From: Candidatus Omnitrophota bacterium
GTDB lineage: Bacteria > Omnitrophota > Gorgyraeia > Zapsychrales > JANLHA01
Assembly: GCA_020632535.1 (NCBI GenBank)
Contig: JACKFJ010000003.1
Location: forward strand, 102,166 to 166,165
Direction: 5' to 3'
DNA length: 64,000 bases
Shown here: positions 40,369 through 48,629 of the stretch, in pieces
Layout: each line of letters starts with the position of its first letter
How positions within the stretch are numbered: the stretch's first letter is position 1
The notes under the pieces: model-generated
The model's input: only the letters and a program-made list of their open reading frames with translations
Told to the model about the DNA's origin: nothing
Databases searched by the model: none
Translations under genes and position numbers: made by a program

Positions 40369-40390
40369 TTCCTCCCACAATGGGGAGGAA
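40369..40390 (+). other. anti-SD/SD-type hairpin between the secretin and the large pilin gene
   Basis: TTCCTCCC-acaatg-GGGAGGAA is a perfect 8-bp stem, 12 nt after the secretin stop and 21 nt before the ATG at 40411. Confidence 0.5.
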
Positions 40391-40410
40391 TTAATGCTAC
40401 GATAAATTTC

Positions 40411-42537
40411 ATGAATCCAAAAAGAATATCTGGATTTACTCTGGTTGAAGCTTTAACTGGAATCGTGGTGATTGCCGCAATCAGTACCGCAAGTTGGTTT
40501 GCCGTCAGTACACTGTTTCGTGGCGAACAATTGACGCGCAATCGTACCGTCGCGATCAATCTTCTGCAAAAAAGCCAAGAAGAAATCCGCAATGCATCTT
40601 TAACTTTTTACGACACATTACAAAACTGTCAATTCCCAGGCCCGGCATTTGATGCCAATATCAATATTAATTGTGGTTTGCAAGCTTTAAATACATATTT
40701 TACCGGATACACCCGCAGTGTAAGTGTGACCCCCCATTCTGGCAGTACCGAAATCAAAAAGGCGACCATCACTGTCAACTGGACCGACCAAGGACAAACA
40801 TTATCATTGTATTCTGCCGTTCTTTTGGCGCGTCCGCCAGATCCATTACCGGGCAATATTATCGGTATCGTTCGTTCTAGTGGAACCGGAAATCCTTTAA
40901 TTAATGGTGTATCAATAAAAGTCGAGCTTGTTGGGGGTACTGTATCCCGCACAACAACGTCAAAAAATACTTTGGGTGCGAAAAATGAAAGTTTTGATTT
41001 CTTTGATGCCTCAACCGGCGCGTTTGTTCTTCCCGTTGGCACATGGCGATTAACTGCCACTCATCCAAGCTATTATGCTTACACCCATAGCGCTGATATT
41101 ACCGTGACATCAAACGCGGAAACACGCGTTGATTTTTCCATGGATCCCAAACCACAAAACGCCACAGTCAAAGTTAGATTAATCAATGGTATAACAGGAG
41201 CGCCGCTCAATAACTTTCAATATGGGACTTATTATATTCTTGATGACTATGCGACAACAAACACAATTGTCGCTTCTGCAGGAAGTACAACCGCGGGTGA
41301 TCATACGATTACTTTTAACGATAGCAATCCAAAAAGTTTTACCGTTAATACATACAATGCCTTTAAGTCAGGACAGGCCGGAAAACCAACCTGTTTATCA
41401 TATGCTTACAATTATAATGGCCAATCCACTGCTCATCTGCTTGATGACAATCTCACGACAACATGCTCGAATCCTTACAATGGTTCAAGTACCAGTGACC
41501 GCATTACGGTAAATTCCGGAGATAATAATGTTGTGGTCAAAATTCCTATTTATAATGTCCCAACAGCGACCGTCCGCGGAAAAGTTACTGATCAAAGCGG
41601 TGTACCAATCGTCGGCGCAACCCTTTACGCCAAATGGCCATCCAGCGATTTATGGATTCAAAACGGCGCTTATCAAACCGCGACAACGAATGCGCAAGGC
41701 GAATATTCATATCGCGTTCCTGCCACACAAGAGATGCTGCCGAATAATAATTCCGGAGCTTTACAAGTTTATGCATACAAATCCATGCCAATCAATGGAT
41801 GTTGTGATTCCATACAATACGTCGATCGCTATAGCACGACCGTACCTGTTACGAACCTCTTTGAAGGCGCCTTGATTACAGATGTCAATTTGACCATTAA
41901 CAGCGGTGGGAGAATCAATTGCGGCAATGTTCAGGGCAATATCAAAGATGGCGCTTCCGGCGCGGGACTCAATAGTGCGAGTGTTTCTGTGCAAGGAGTT
42001 GGAAACACCACCGCAACAGGAGGAGATTATATTTATCAATGTCCTAGCACCGGATATAGATTACCTGCTGGTCTCGCCAGATTTTATGCTTCAAAATCAA
42101 ATTATTATTCTTATGATAGCAACGGAAATAATTGGTATTCCCCAGCGGCCGGTGTCAACATCCAAGCCGACACGATGGTGGATTATTCCGCTAAACTCTG
42201 GCCTGTTGGAACAGGGACTGTCATCGTGACTGTCCTTGATGAAGGATCTGATTTTCCGATTGCAAATATCAATTTAAAACTTACTAACTATAATAGCGGA
42301 CAGATAAGTTTAACGACAGACAGTTCGGGTATCGCGACATTTAACAATACTTTAGAAACATGGCCACCGGTTGGCTTGCCGAATGATGCGTATTATTCAC
42401 GAACACCGCGTGGGCACTCTTTAGTTGCGACCGATCCGTCAGGATTTTATCCCTCAGCGTCACTTAGTATTCCAACTTTAGAAAAAGATGGCACTCTCAA
42501 TGTTACGATAAAACTTGCGCCAGCTGGAGGGACTTAA
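40411..42537 (+). CDS. giant modular pilin: a class III signal/pilin module followed by about five beta-sandwich (CarboxypepD_reg-like) repeats
   Basis: 708 aa. MNPKRISG|FTLVEALTGIVVIAAIS. A pilin-like domain runs to about aa 145. It is followed by repeated segments starting IIGIVRSSGTGNPLINGVSIKV, ATVKVRLINGITGAPL, ATVRGKVTDQSGVPIVGATLYA, GNVQGNIKDGASGAGLNSASVSV and GTVIVTVLDEGSDFPIANINLKL. Confidence 0.8.
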   Translation: MNPKRISGFTLVEALTGIVVIAAISTASWFAVSTLFRGEQLTRNRTVAINLLQKSQEEIRNASLTFYDTLQNCQFPGPAFDANININCGLQALNTYFTGYTRSVSVTPHSGSTEIKKATITVNWTDQGQTLSLYSAVLLARPPDPLPGNIIGIVRSSGTGNPLINGVSIKVELVGGTVSRTTTSKNTLGAKNESFDFFDASTGAFVLPVGTWRLTATHPSYYAYTHSADITVTSNAETRVDFSMDPKPQNATVKVRLINGITGAPLNNFQYGTYYILDDYATTNTIVASAGSTTAGDHTITFNDSNPKSFTVNTYNAFKSGQAGKPTCLSYAYNYNGQSTAHLLDDNLTTTCSNPYNGSSTSDRITVNSGDNNVVVKIPIYNVPTATVRGKVTDQSGVPIVGATLYAKWPSSDLWIQNGAYQTATTNAQGEYSYRVPATQEMLPNNNSGALQVYAYKSMPINGCCDSIQYVDRYSTTVPVTNLFEGALITDVNLTINSGGRINCGNVQGNIKDGASGAGLNSASVSVQGVGNTTATGGDYIYQCPSTGYRLPAGLARFYASKSNYYSYDSNGNNWYSPAAGVNIQADTMVDYSAKLWPVGTGTVIVTVLDEGSDFPIANINLKLTNYNSGQISLTTDSSGIATFNNTLETWPPVGLPNDAYYSRTPRGHSLVATDPSGFYPSASLSIPTLEKDGTLNVTIKLAPAGGT

Positions 42538-42538
42538 C

Positions 42539-43009
42539 ATGCAGCGCAATAAGCACGCGTTTACCCTCACCGAACTTGTGGTTGTGCTCGCCATCTTTAG
42601 CGTCTTTATCGGTTTATTTAGTACCGTCTTTGTGCATAATTGGGGAGCATATGAAGAACGTATCAAACGCGCGAATCTTTGGGGGGAAGCTAATCAATGT
42701 TTTGAACAAATGTCATTGGATGGACGCAATGCCCGCTTAATCAACGTTGCGACAACCGGCACGGACAAAACCGCAACCTTTTATAGTGGCTCCGGTGGTA
42801 CCGATATCGTATATACCATCGCCAATACCGGACAGGTCAGCCGTACCCAAGACAATACTGTAAAAATATTTACTACTCATGCGGATTTTGCCAACTCCAG
42901 TTTTACAAAAAATGGGAAAAATTTAATTGTCAATTTCCGCCTGCTGGAAACTATTTTTACACGCACTCTTCACGTTGATATGACAATGGAAATTTTACCG
43001 AGAAATTAA
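42539..43009 (+). CDS. minor pilin/pseudopilin
   Basis: The ATG at 42539 follows GGAGGG (ORF track starts at 42515). MQRNKHA|FTLTELVVVLAIFSVFIGL has Ala rather than Gly at -1 and Glu at +5. 156 aa. Confidence 0.75.
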   Translation: MQRNKHAFTLTELVVVLAIFSVFIGLFSTVFVHNWGAYEERIKRANLWGEANQCFEQMSLDGRNARLINVATTGTDKTATFYSGSGGTDIVYTIANTGQVSRTQDNTVKIFTTHADFANSSFTKNGKNLIVNFRLLETIFTRTLHVDMTMEILPRN

Positions 43010-43012
43010 AAA

Positions 43013-44281
43013 ATGACACATTATTCATTACAAAAAATACACAGTAAACGCGGCCAAATATTATTATTCAGCCTTGTTGTCATGGTTTTTCTTTCCACGC
43101 TCCTTGGCGCCGCCATGCTTCGCTCCGATGTCCAAGTCAAGGAAATCATCAATCGCAAACGATTACAAGAAGCATTTTATGCCGCAGAAACCGGCATTGA
43201 TACCGCGATTTATAACTTGCGTCAAAATTCAGCGTGGAAACCAGGACAAAACGGCGTTGCCGCAATTGTCGATCAACCCTTTAACATTACCGTCGCTGGA
43301 AGCACAACAACAATCGGTTACTATTCCATTACGGTTATTGATGCTGCCCAATTCAATGGCTGGGATAGTCGTTGGATTACGGCACAGGGCAAGGATCGTG
43401 AAGGCATCATCACACGGACGATCAAGGCTCGCGTTATCGTTGAAAGTCCGACACGATTTTTAATTTCCACATTAGGACCTTTGCATATGACTAGCGGATC
43501 GCAATTGAATGCGGATATTTTAGCAAAAGATGTTTATTTTGATGTCAATGCTTCATTGCCTTCACCGCAAAATGAAATCAATGTCAACGGCAACGTGCTT
43601 TATATCAATAGCAAAACCGGTGAAACAAATCCCGCCGTAATTTTTGGCTCCGGCAAAACAATTACAAAATCACCGTCGATCACATTCGCCGGTGTCGATC
43701 TTAATCGCTATGAACAACTTTCTCAAGATTTACAAACCCAAAATCTTGGATACCATTCAACTGGTGATTTAACAGTGAACCTCGATAATCTTTCAGCATT
43801 TAACCAAAATCCCGGAAGTTCATTTGAACCCAAAATCATTTATGCCAAAGGCAATATCTATCTTTCCGGTGAATATGACAATTCCGTTCTCATTGTTGCT
43901 GGAGGGAATGTGTATGTTAATGGCAGTATCATTGCAAACTCATCCGTGCAACCCGTCCCGCAACTTGGGATATTTGCGAAAGGCGACGTCATTATTCCCG
44001 AATCAACAATGGCCACAGGTGATTTAAACATTGAAGGTTTTATTCTCGCTGATGGCGGAACTCCCGGCAGTAAGGGCGCTTTTCTGGCAGAAGGAGCCAA
44101 ATATTCTAAAGCCACTTTAAATTTCAAAGGGTCTATTTCCGTCAGAGGAACCGGAACAAACGCTGTTGATTTGAATGTTTTTAAAAACCGCAATTATGAT
44201 TTCAACTCTGCTTTAAGTAATAACCGCACAATTCCCTTTATTCCTTTTATTGTCAATACCGTCCTGTGGCAGGAAATTTAA
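43013..44281 (+). CDS. PilX_N-like pilus-associated protein with a repetitive, probably beta-helical C-terminal region
   Basis: 422 aa. The N-terminus RGQILLFSLVVMVFLSTLLGAAMLRS...AFYAAETGIDTAIYNL resembles the PilX N-terminal domain (no Glu at +5). C-terminal repeats include GNVLYINS, GNIYLSGEYDNSVLIVAGGNVYVNGSI and GDVIIPES..GDLNIEGFILADGG. Confidence 0.6.
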   Translation: MTHYSLQKIHSKRGQILLFSLVVMVFLSTLLGAAMLRSDVQVKEIINRKRLQEAFYAAETGIDTAIYNLRQNSAWKPGQNGVAAIVDQPFNITVAGSTTTIGYYSITVIDAAQFNGWDSRWITAQGKDREGIITRTIKARVIVESPTRFLISTLGPLHMTSGSQLNADILAKDVYFDVNASLPSPQNEINVNGNVLYINSKTGETNPAVIFGSGKTITKSPSITFAGVDLNRYEQLSQDLQTQNLGYHSTGDLTVNLDNLSAFNQNPGSSFEPKIIYAKGNIYLSGEYDNSVLIVAGGNVYVNGSIIANSSVQPVPQLGIFAKGDVIIPESTMATGDLNIEGFILADGGTPGSKGAFLAEGAKYSKATLNFKGSISVRGTGTNAVDLNVFKNRNYDFNSALSNNRTIPFIPFIVNTVLWQEI

Positions 44282-44416
44282 TAGGGCAAATGAATCCTGC
44301 TGCGCTCATCAAGTAAGCTTCGCAGAATGATTTACCTTTTTCCTATAAAAACCAAGGAGAAAGGCAAATAACTTTCGCTTGGCAAGCGAGAATTTTATTG
44401 ATATATTTGTTTCACT

Positions 44417-45241
44417 ATGAAAATAAAAATCAAATGGATTAATCACGGAAATTTTACGGATATTAAATATCAAAAAACACAGGGGATCGCAAAAATTACG
44501 ATCAACCGGCCACAAGTCCGCAACGCTTTTCGACCATTAACCATTATCGAAATTTCATCAGCGTTGAGTGACAGCCGTGACGATGAAAAAATCGGCGTCA
44601 TTATTCTGACTGGCGAAGGCAAAGAAGCGTTTTGTTCCGGCGGCGATCAAAAAATCCGCGGCAATGCTGGTTACAAAGATGAAAATGGCATTCACCGTTT
44701 AAACGTTTTAGATCTCCAGCGCCAAATTCGCACATGTCCCAAACCGATTGTCGCGATGGTCGCGGGTTATGCCATCGGTGGTGGACAAATTCTACAAATG
44801 CTTTGTGATTTGACGATTGCGGCCGACAACGCGATTTTCGGGCAAACTGGTCCCAAAGTTGGTTCTTTTGATGGTGGTTATGGGTCCAGCTATATGGCTC
44901 GAATCGTTGGACAAAAGAAAGCCCGCGAAATCTGGTTTCTCTGCCGCCAGTATAATGCCAAAGAAGCGCTCGCTATGGGATTGGTAAATACCGTCGTCCC
45001 TTACAAAAATCTCGAAAGCGAAACAGTCCAATGGTGTCGTGAAATTTTAGCAAATTCGCCAATGGCAATTCGTTGCCTTAAGGCCAGCCTCAACGCGGAT
45101 TGTGATGGTCAAGCAGGCTTGCAAGAACTTGCTGGCAATGCGACCATGCTTTTTTATATGACCGAAGAAGGACAAGAAGGACGCAATGCGTTCTTAGAAA
45201 AGCGTAAACCTGACTTTTCTAAGTTTCCCAAAAGGCCGTAA
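44417..45241 (+). CDS. menB: 1,4-dihydroxy-2-naphthoyl-CoA synthase
   Basis: 274 aa, crotonase fold. Contains [27 protein letters not shown]. Confidence 0.93.
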   Translation: MKIKIKWINHGNFTDIKYQKTQGIAKITINRPQVRNAFRPLTIIEISSALSDSRDDEKIGVIILTGEGKEAFCSGGDQKIRGNAGYKDENGIHRLNVLDLQRQIRTCPKPIVAMVAGYAIGGGQILQMLCDLTIAADNAIFGQTGPKVGSFDGGYGSSYMARIVGQKKAREIWFLCRQYNAKEALAMGLVNTVVPYKNLESETVQWCREILANSPMAIRCLKASLNADCDGQAGLQELAGNATMLFYMTEEGQEGRNAFLEKRKPDFSKFPKRP

Positions 45242-45286
45242 AAAGCGTTTGCCGCAAGAACGAAACTCGTTACAAAACTTAATAAA

Positions 45287-46186
45287 ATGAAAATAAGCTC
45301 TTTAAAATTTTGGCTCATGGCCTGTCGACCCAAAACGTTACCGGCCGCAGTTGCGCCTGTGCTTTTGGGGACCGCGATCGCGCTTGGTGATGGCGGCATG
45401 CACTGGCCAAGTGCCGCGCTGGCTTTTCTGGGAGCAATCGCCATTCAAATCGGCACAAATCTTGCAAATGATTATTATGATTTTAAAAAAGGAACCGATA
45501 CCGCGGAACGAACCGGGCCAGTCCGCGTAACGCAAGCGGGATTGATTTCACCCGCGTCTGTACGCTTAGGATTCATTTTTACATTTGCAATCGCGGCCGT
45601 AATCGCGTTTCAACTGTCACTCCGAGGAGGATGGCCGATCCTACTCATTGGCGCCACATCAATCGCCGCCGGAATTTTGTATACCGCCGGACCAAAGCCT
45701 TTGGGTTATAACGGACTTGGTGAACTTTTTGTGTTTATTTTCTTTGGACCCGTTGCCGTCGCCGGAACATACTTTGTGCAAACACGGGAAATCAATCCCG
45801 CCGTTATTCTCGCCGGCGTGGCGCCCGGTTTAATATCCGCGGCAATTTTAGTCGTCAATAATTTGCGTGATATCGAAACTGATCGTAAAGCAAACAAGCG
45901 CACTTTAGCAGTTCGTTTCGGACCTGCGTTTACGCAAGCACAATATTTTATCTTTCTCTGCGCGGCCGCGTTTATGCCGATGATCATTTATGCGGTCATT
46001 CAAGACCGTATTCAAATTTTTATCAGCTCGATCACTTTATTTTTTGCGATACCAGCGATTCGTGCTGTTTTCAGTAAAACAGACGGCCCATCTTTGAATC
46101 AGGCGCTGGCTCACACAGGAATCCTTTTAATTATCTACTGCGTACTTTTTTCCATAGGATGGGTTTATGCGGATTTGCGATTTTAA
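45287..46186 (+). CDS. menA: 1,4-dihydroxy-2-naphthoate polyprenyltransferase
   Basis: 299 aa, polytopic UbiA-family protein. Contains NDYYDFKKGTD and NNLRDIETDR. Confidence 0.9.
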   Translation: MKISSLKFWLMACRPKTLPAAVAPVLLGTAIALGDGGMHWPSAALAFLGAIAIQIGTNLANDYYDFKKGTDTAERTGPVRVTQAGLISPASVRLGFIFTFAIAAVIAFQLSLRGGWPILLIGATSIAAGILYTAGPKPLGYNGLGELFVFIFFGPVAVAGTYFVQTREINPAVILAGVAPGLISAAILVVNNLRDIETDRKANKRTLAVRFGPAFTQAQYFIFLCAAAFMPMIIYAVIQDRIQIFISSITLFFAIPAIRAVFSKTDGPSLNQALAHTGILLIIYCVLFSIGWVYADLRF

Positions 46187-47258
46187 AATTTTTAATTATC
46201 ACGTACCCCTGTCGCGCGAGCTTCCCATTGCTGGCGCCGCAATCAAGCAAAGGGAAGGCTTCATTCTTAAACTATCGGATGAAAGCGGAAACACAGGCTT
46301 TGGTGAAACCGCGCCTTTGCACGGCGTTAGCACCGAAATGTCTGATGTTGTATTAATGCAACTCAAACAATTGCGCGACCGCTTAAACGGCCAAATGATT
46401 CCATCGCATATCGGATTAAAGAATGTCAAATTCAGTGCTTGGTTGGAGAACATGCCATTGTCTCCATCCGTTCATTTTGGTCTCGAAACAGCAATACTTT
46501 CTTTAATCGCCGCCAATACAAAAAAGTATTTAGCTCACTTACTCAACGAAAATTATCAAGAAACAATACCGATCAACGGCCTTTTACAAGGTCCTCGCGA
46601 ATCAATTTTATCGGAAGCCGAAGCATTACTTGAACAAGGGTATAAAACTTTAAAAGTAAAAGTTGGCCACGCTAAAATTCATGAGGACATTAATACCGTT
46701 AACGCTTTGACAAAACTCATTAATAACCGCGCGATTCTTCGACTTGACGCGAACAGAGCATGGTCACTAGAACAGGCTTTGGAATTTTCAAAAGCGATTG
46801 AATTTGCTGTCATTGAATACATTGAAGAACCATTAAAAGATTTTTCTAAAATCTCTGAATTTTATGAAGAAACATTAATACCCGTCGCTATTGACGAATC
46901 ACTCAAAGAACACAGTCTGCGTGAAATCAAATCTCTGGATGGACTCGAAGTTGTTATTTTGAAACCCACCATTCTTGGCGGATTTGAAAAAATCGCCCAA
47001 ATGACGCAGGAAGCACACAGTTATGGATTACGAACCGTAATCACATCATCCTTTGAAACCGGAATTGGCCTGCGCGCTTTGGCTAATCTCGCGGCATCCT
47101 TTTCCAAGCATATCCCCGTTGGGCTCGATACTGCCAAATGGCTAATCAAGGACACGGTGACGCCGCATCTAAAAACAGAACGCGGACGGTTAAACATTGA
47201 AAACTGCCAATTGAATAATCTGCACTTGGATACAGAGCAAATCCATGAATTGCATTGA
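46167..47258 (+). CDS. menC: o-succinylbenzoate synthase (enolase superfamily)
   Basis: 363 aa. Contains KVKVG, LRLDANRAW, IEEP, AIDES. It overlaps menA by 20 nt. Confidence 0.85.
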   Translation: MRICDFKIFNYHVPLSRELPIAGAAIKQREGFILKLSDESGNTGFGETAPLHGVSTEMSDVVLMQLKQLRDRLNGQMIPSHIGLKNVKFSAWLENMPLSPSVHFGLETAILSLIAANTKKYLAHLLNENYQETIPINGLLQGPRESILSEAEALLEQGYKTLKVKVGHAKIHEDINTVNALTKLINNRAILRLDANRAWSLEQALEFSKAIEFAVIEYIEEPLKDFSKISEFYEETLIPVAIDESLKEHSLREIKSLDGLEVVILKPTILGGFEKIAQMTQEAHSYGLRTVITSSFETGIGLRALANLAASFSKHIPVGLDTAKWLIKDTVTPHLKTERGRLNIENCQLNNLHLDTEQIHELH

Positions 47259-47282
47259 CCCCGATTCGTTTTTTATACACAA

Positions 47283-48629
47283 ATGATTCAACTCAAAAAA
47301 ATATCCTGCCCGATCGCAGTTTGCAATTCACGCACTCCTTGTGCCATCGCGCTGATTAGTAAATCAAGGACATTAACATATCGCCAATTGCACGAACAAA
47401 TCCAATCCACACAATCTGATTTAATTAACAAAGGTGTCCGTCGTGGAACAAAAGTTGCCATTACAAGTGCCAATTCTCCCGAATATGTCGTTTTACTTTT
47501 TGCTTTATGGCGCATCGGCGCCGTGGCGTGTCTTTTGAGTCCGCGAATACCGGCCTTACAAATAAAAAAACAAATTCGACAGTTAGGCTGCAGTACAATA
47601 ATTTCTCCGAAAGAGATTGCTTCGTCGCTACCGCTCCTCGCAACGGGAAAAAATATGGGACTGTCCCTATTTCTCGATGCACCTGCAACGATCATGTTGA
47701 CGTCCGGCAGTTCTGGAAATCCCAAAGCTGTTGTACATTCCGTCGGAAATCATTACTACAACGCGAAAGGATCAAATGAAAATATTCCCGTTGTCAAAGG
47801 CGACCGCTGGCTTTTGTCGTTACCTTTGTATCACGTCAGCGGCTTAAGCATTATATGGCGCTGTGTTTTAGGTGGAGGGACCATCGTTTTTGAACAACAC
47901 TCCGGAATCACACATATGTCTCTGGTTACAACGCAATTGCGACGATTTTTAAAAAGAAAAGCGAATATCAAAATTTTAAAATCCTTAAAAGCCATCTTAC
48001 TCGGCGGTGGACCGATTCCTCAAGAGCTCATCAAGACCATCACCACATTAAAATTGCCGGTTTTTTTAACATACGGCTTAACAGAAATGACGTCGCAAGT
48101 CGCAACAAGTCACAAAACACCACAAGGAAAAATTAAGACACTCAAATACCGTCACATAAAGATTTCAAAAACCAATGAAATTCTTGTCAAAGGCAAAACA
48201 TTATTCAAAGGATATTTGCAAAATGGAAAAGTTGCAAAAGCTGTCAATCGTGAAGGTTGGTTTCCAACGGGCGACGTGGGGGAGATAAATCAAAAGACCG
48301 GATTAAGAATATTGGGTCGCAAAGACAATATGTTTATTTCAGGTGGTGAAAATATATATCCGGAAGAAATTGAAAAGGCATTTTTAAATTGTGGTGGTAT
48401 TGACGAAGCGATCATCGTCCCAGTTAAGAATCGCGAATTTGGATTTCGACCGGTTGCGTTTGTGCGGTTTAAAAATAATAAACGTATTGCAATGCAAAAT
48501 TTAATTCCAAAACTCACAGCAACATTGCCAAACTTCAAAATTCCTGACCAAATCTATGAATTTCCCCGCGAATATTCCCCAAATGGAATCAAAGTCAATC
48601 GACAACTCTTAATCAAACTACTTTCCTAA
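47283..48629 (+). CDS. menE: o-succinylbenzoate-CoA ligase
   Basis: 448 aa. The AMP-binding motif LTSGSSGNPKAV, plus YGLTE and GDVG. Confidence 0.85.
   Translation: MIQLKKISCPIAVCNSRTPCAIALISKSRTLTYRQLHEQIQSTQSDLINKGVRRGTKVAITSANSPEYVVLLFALWRIGAVACLLSPRIPALQIKKQIRQLGCSTIISPKEIASSLPLLATGKNMGLSLFLDAPATIMLTSGSSGNPKAVVHSVGNHYYNAKGSNENIPVVKGDRWLLSLPLYHVSGLSIIWRCVLGGGTIVFEQHSGITHMSLVTTQLRRFLKRKANIKILKSLKAILLGGGPIPQELIKTITTLKLPVFLTYGLTEMTSQVATSHKTPQGKIKTLKYRHIKISKTNEILVKGKTLFKGYLQNGKVAKAVNREGWFPTGDVGEINQKTGLRILGRKDNMFISGGENIYPEEIEKAFLNCGGIDEAIIVPVKNREFGFRPVAFVRFKNNKRIAMQNLIPKLTATLPNFKIPDQIYEFPREYSPNGIKVNRQLLIKLLS

Noticed and set aside
40362-40592. 76-aa minus-strand ORF spanning the secretin/giant-pilin junction
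   Set aside because: It is antisense to the giant pilin N-terminus and the hairpin. It has no SD and no recognisable motif.
44380-44410. Possible terminator TCGCTT-ggc-AAGCGA followed by GAATTTTATT after the last pilus gene
   Set aside because: The stem is only 6 bp with a 3-nt loop and the U-tract is interrupted. It is too weak to annotate as a feature.
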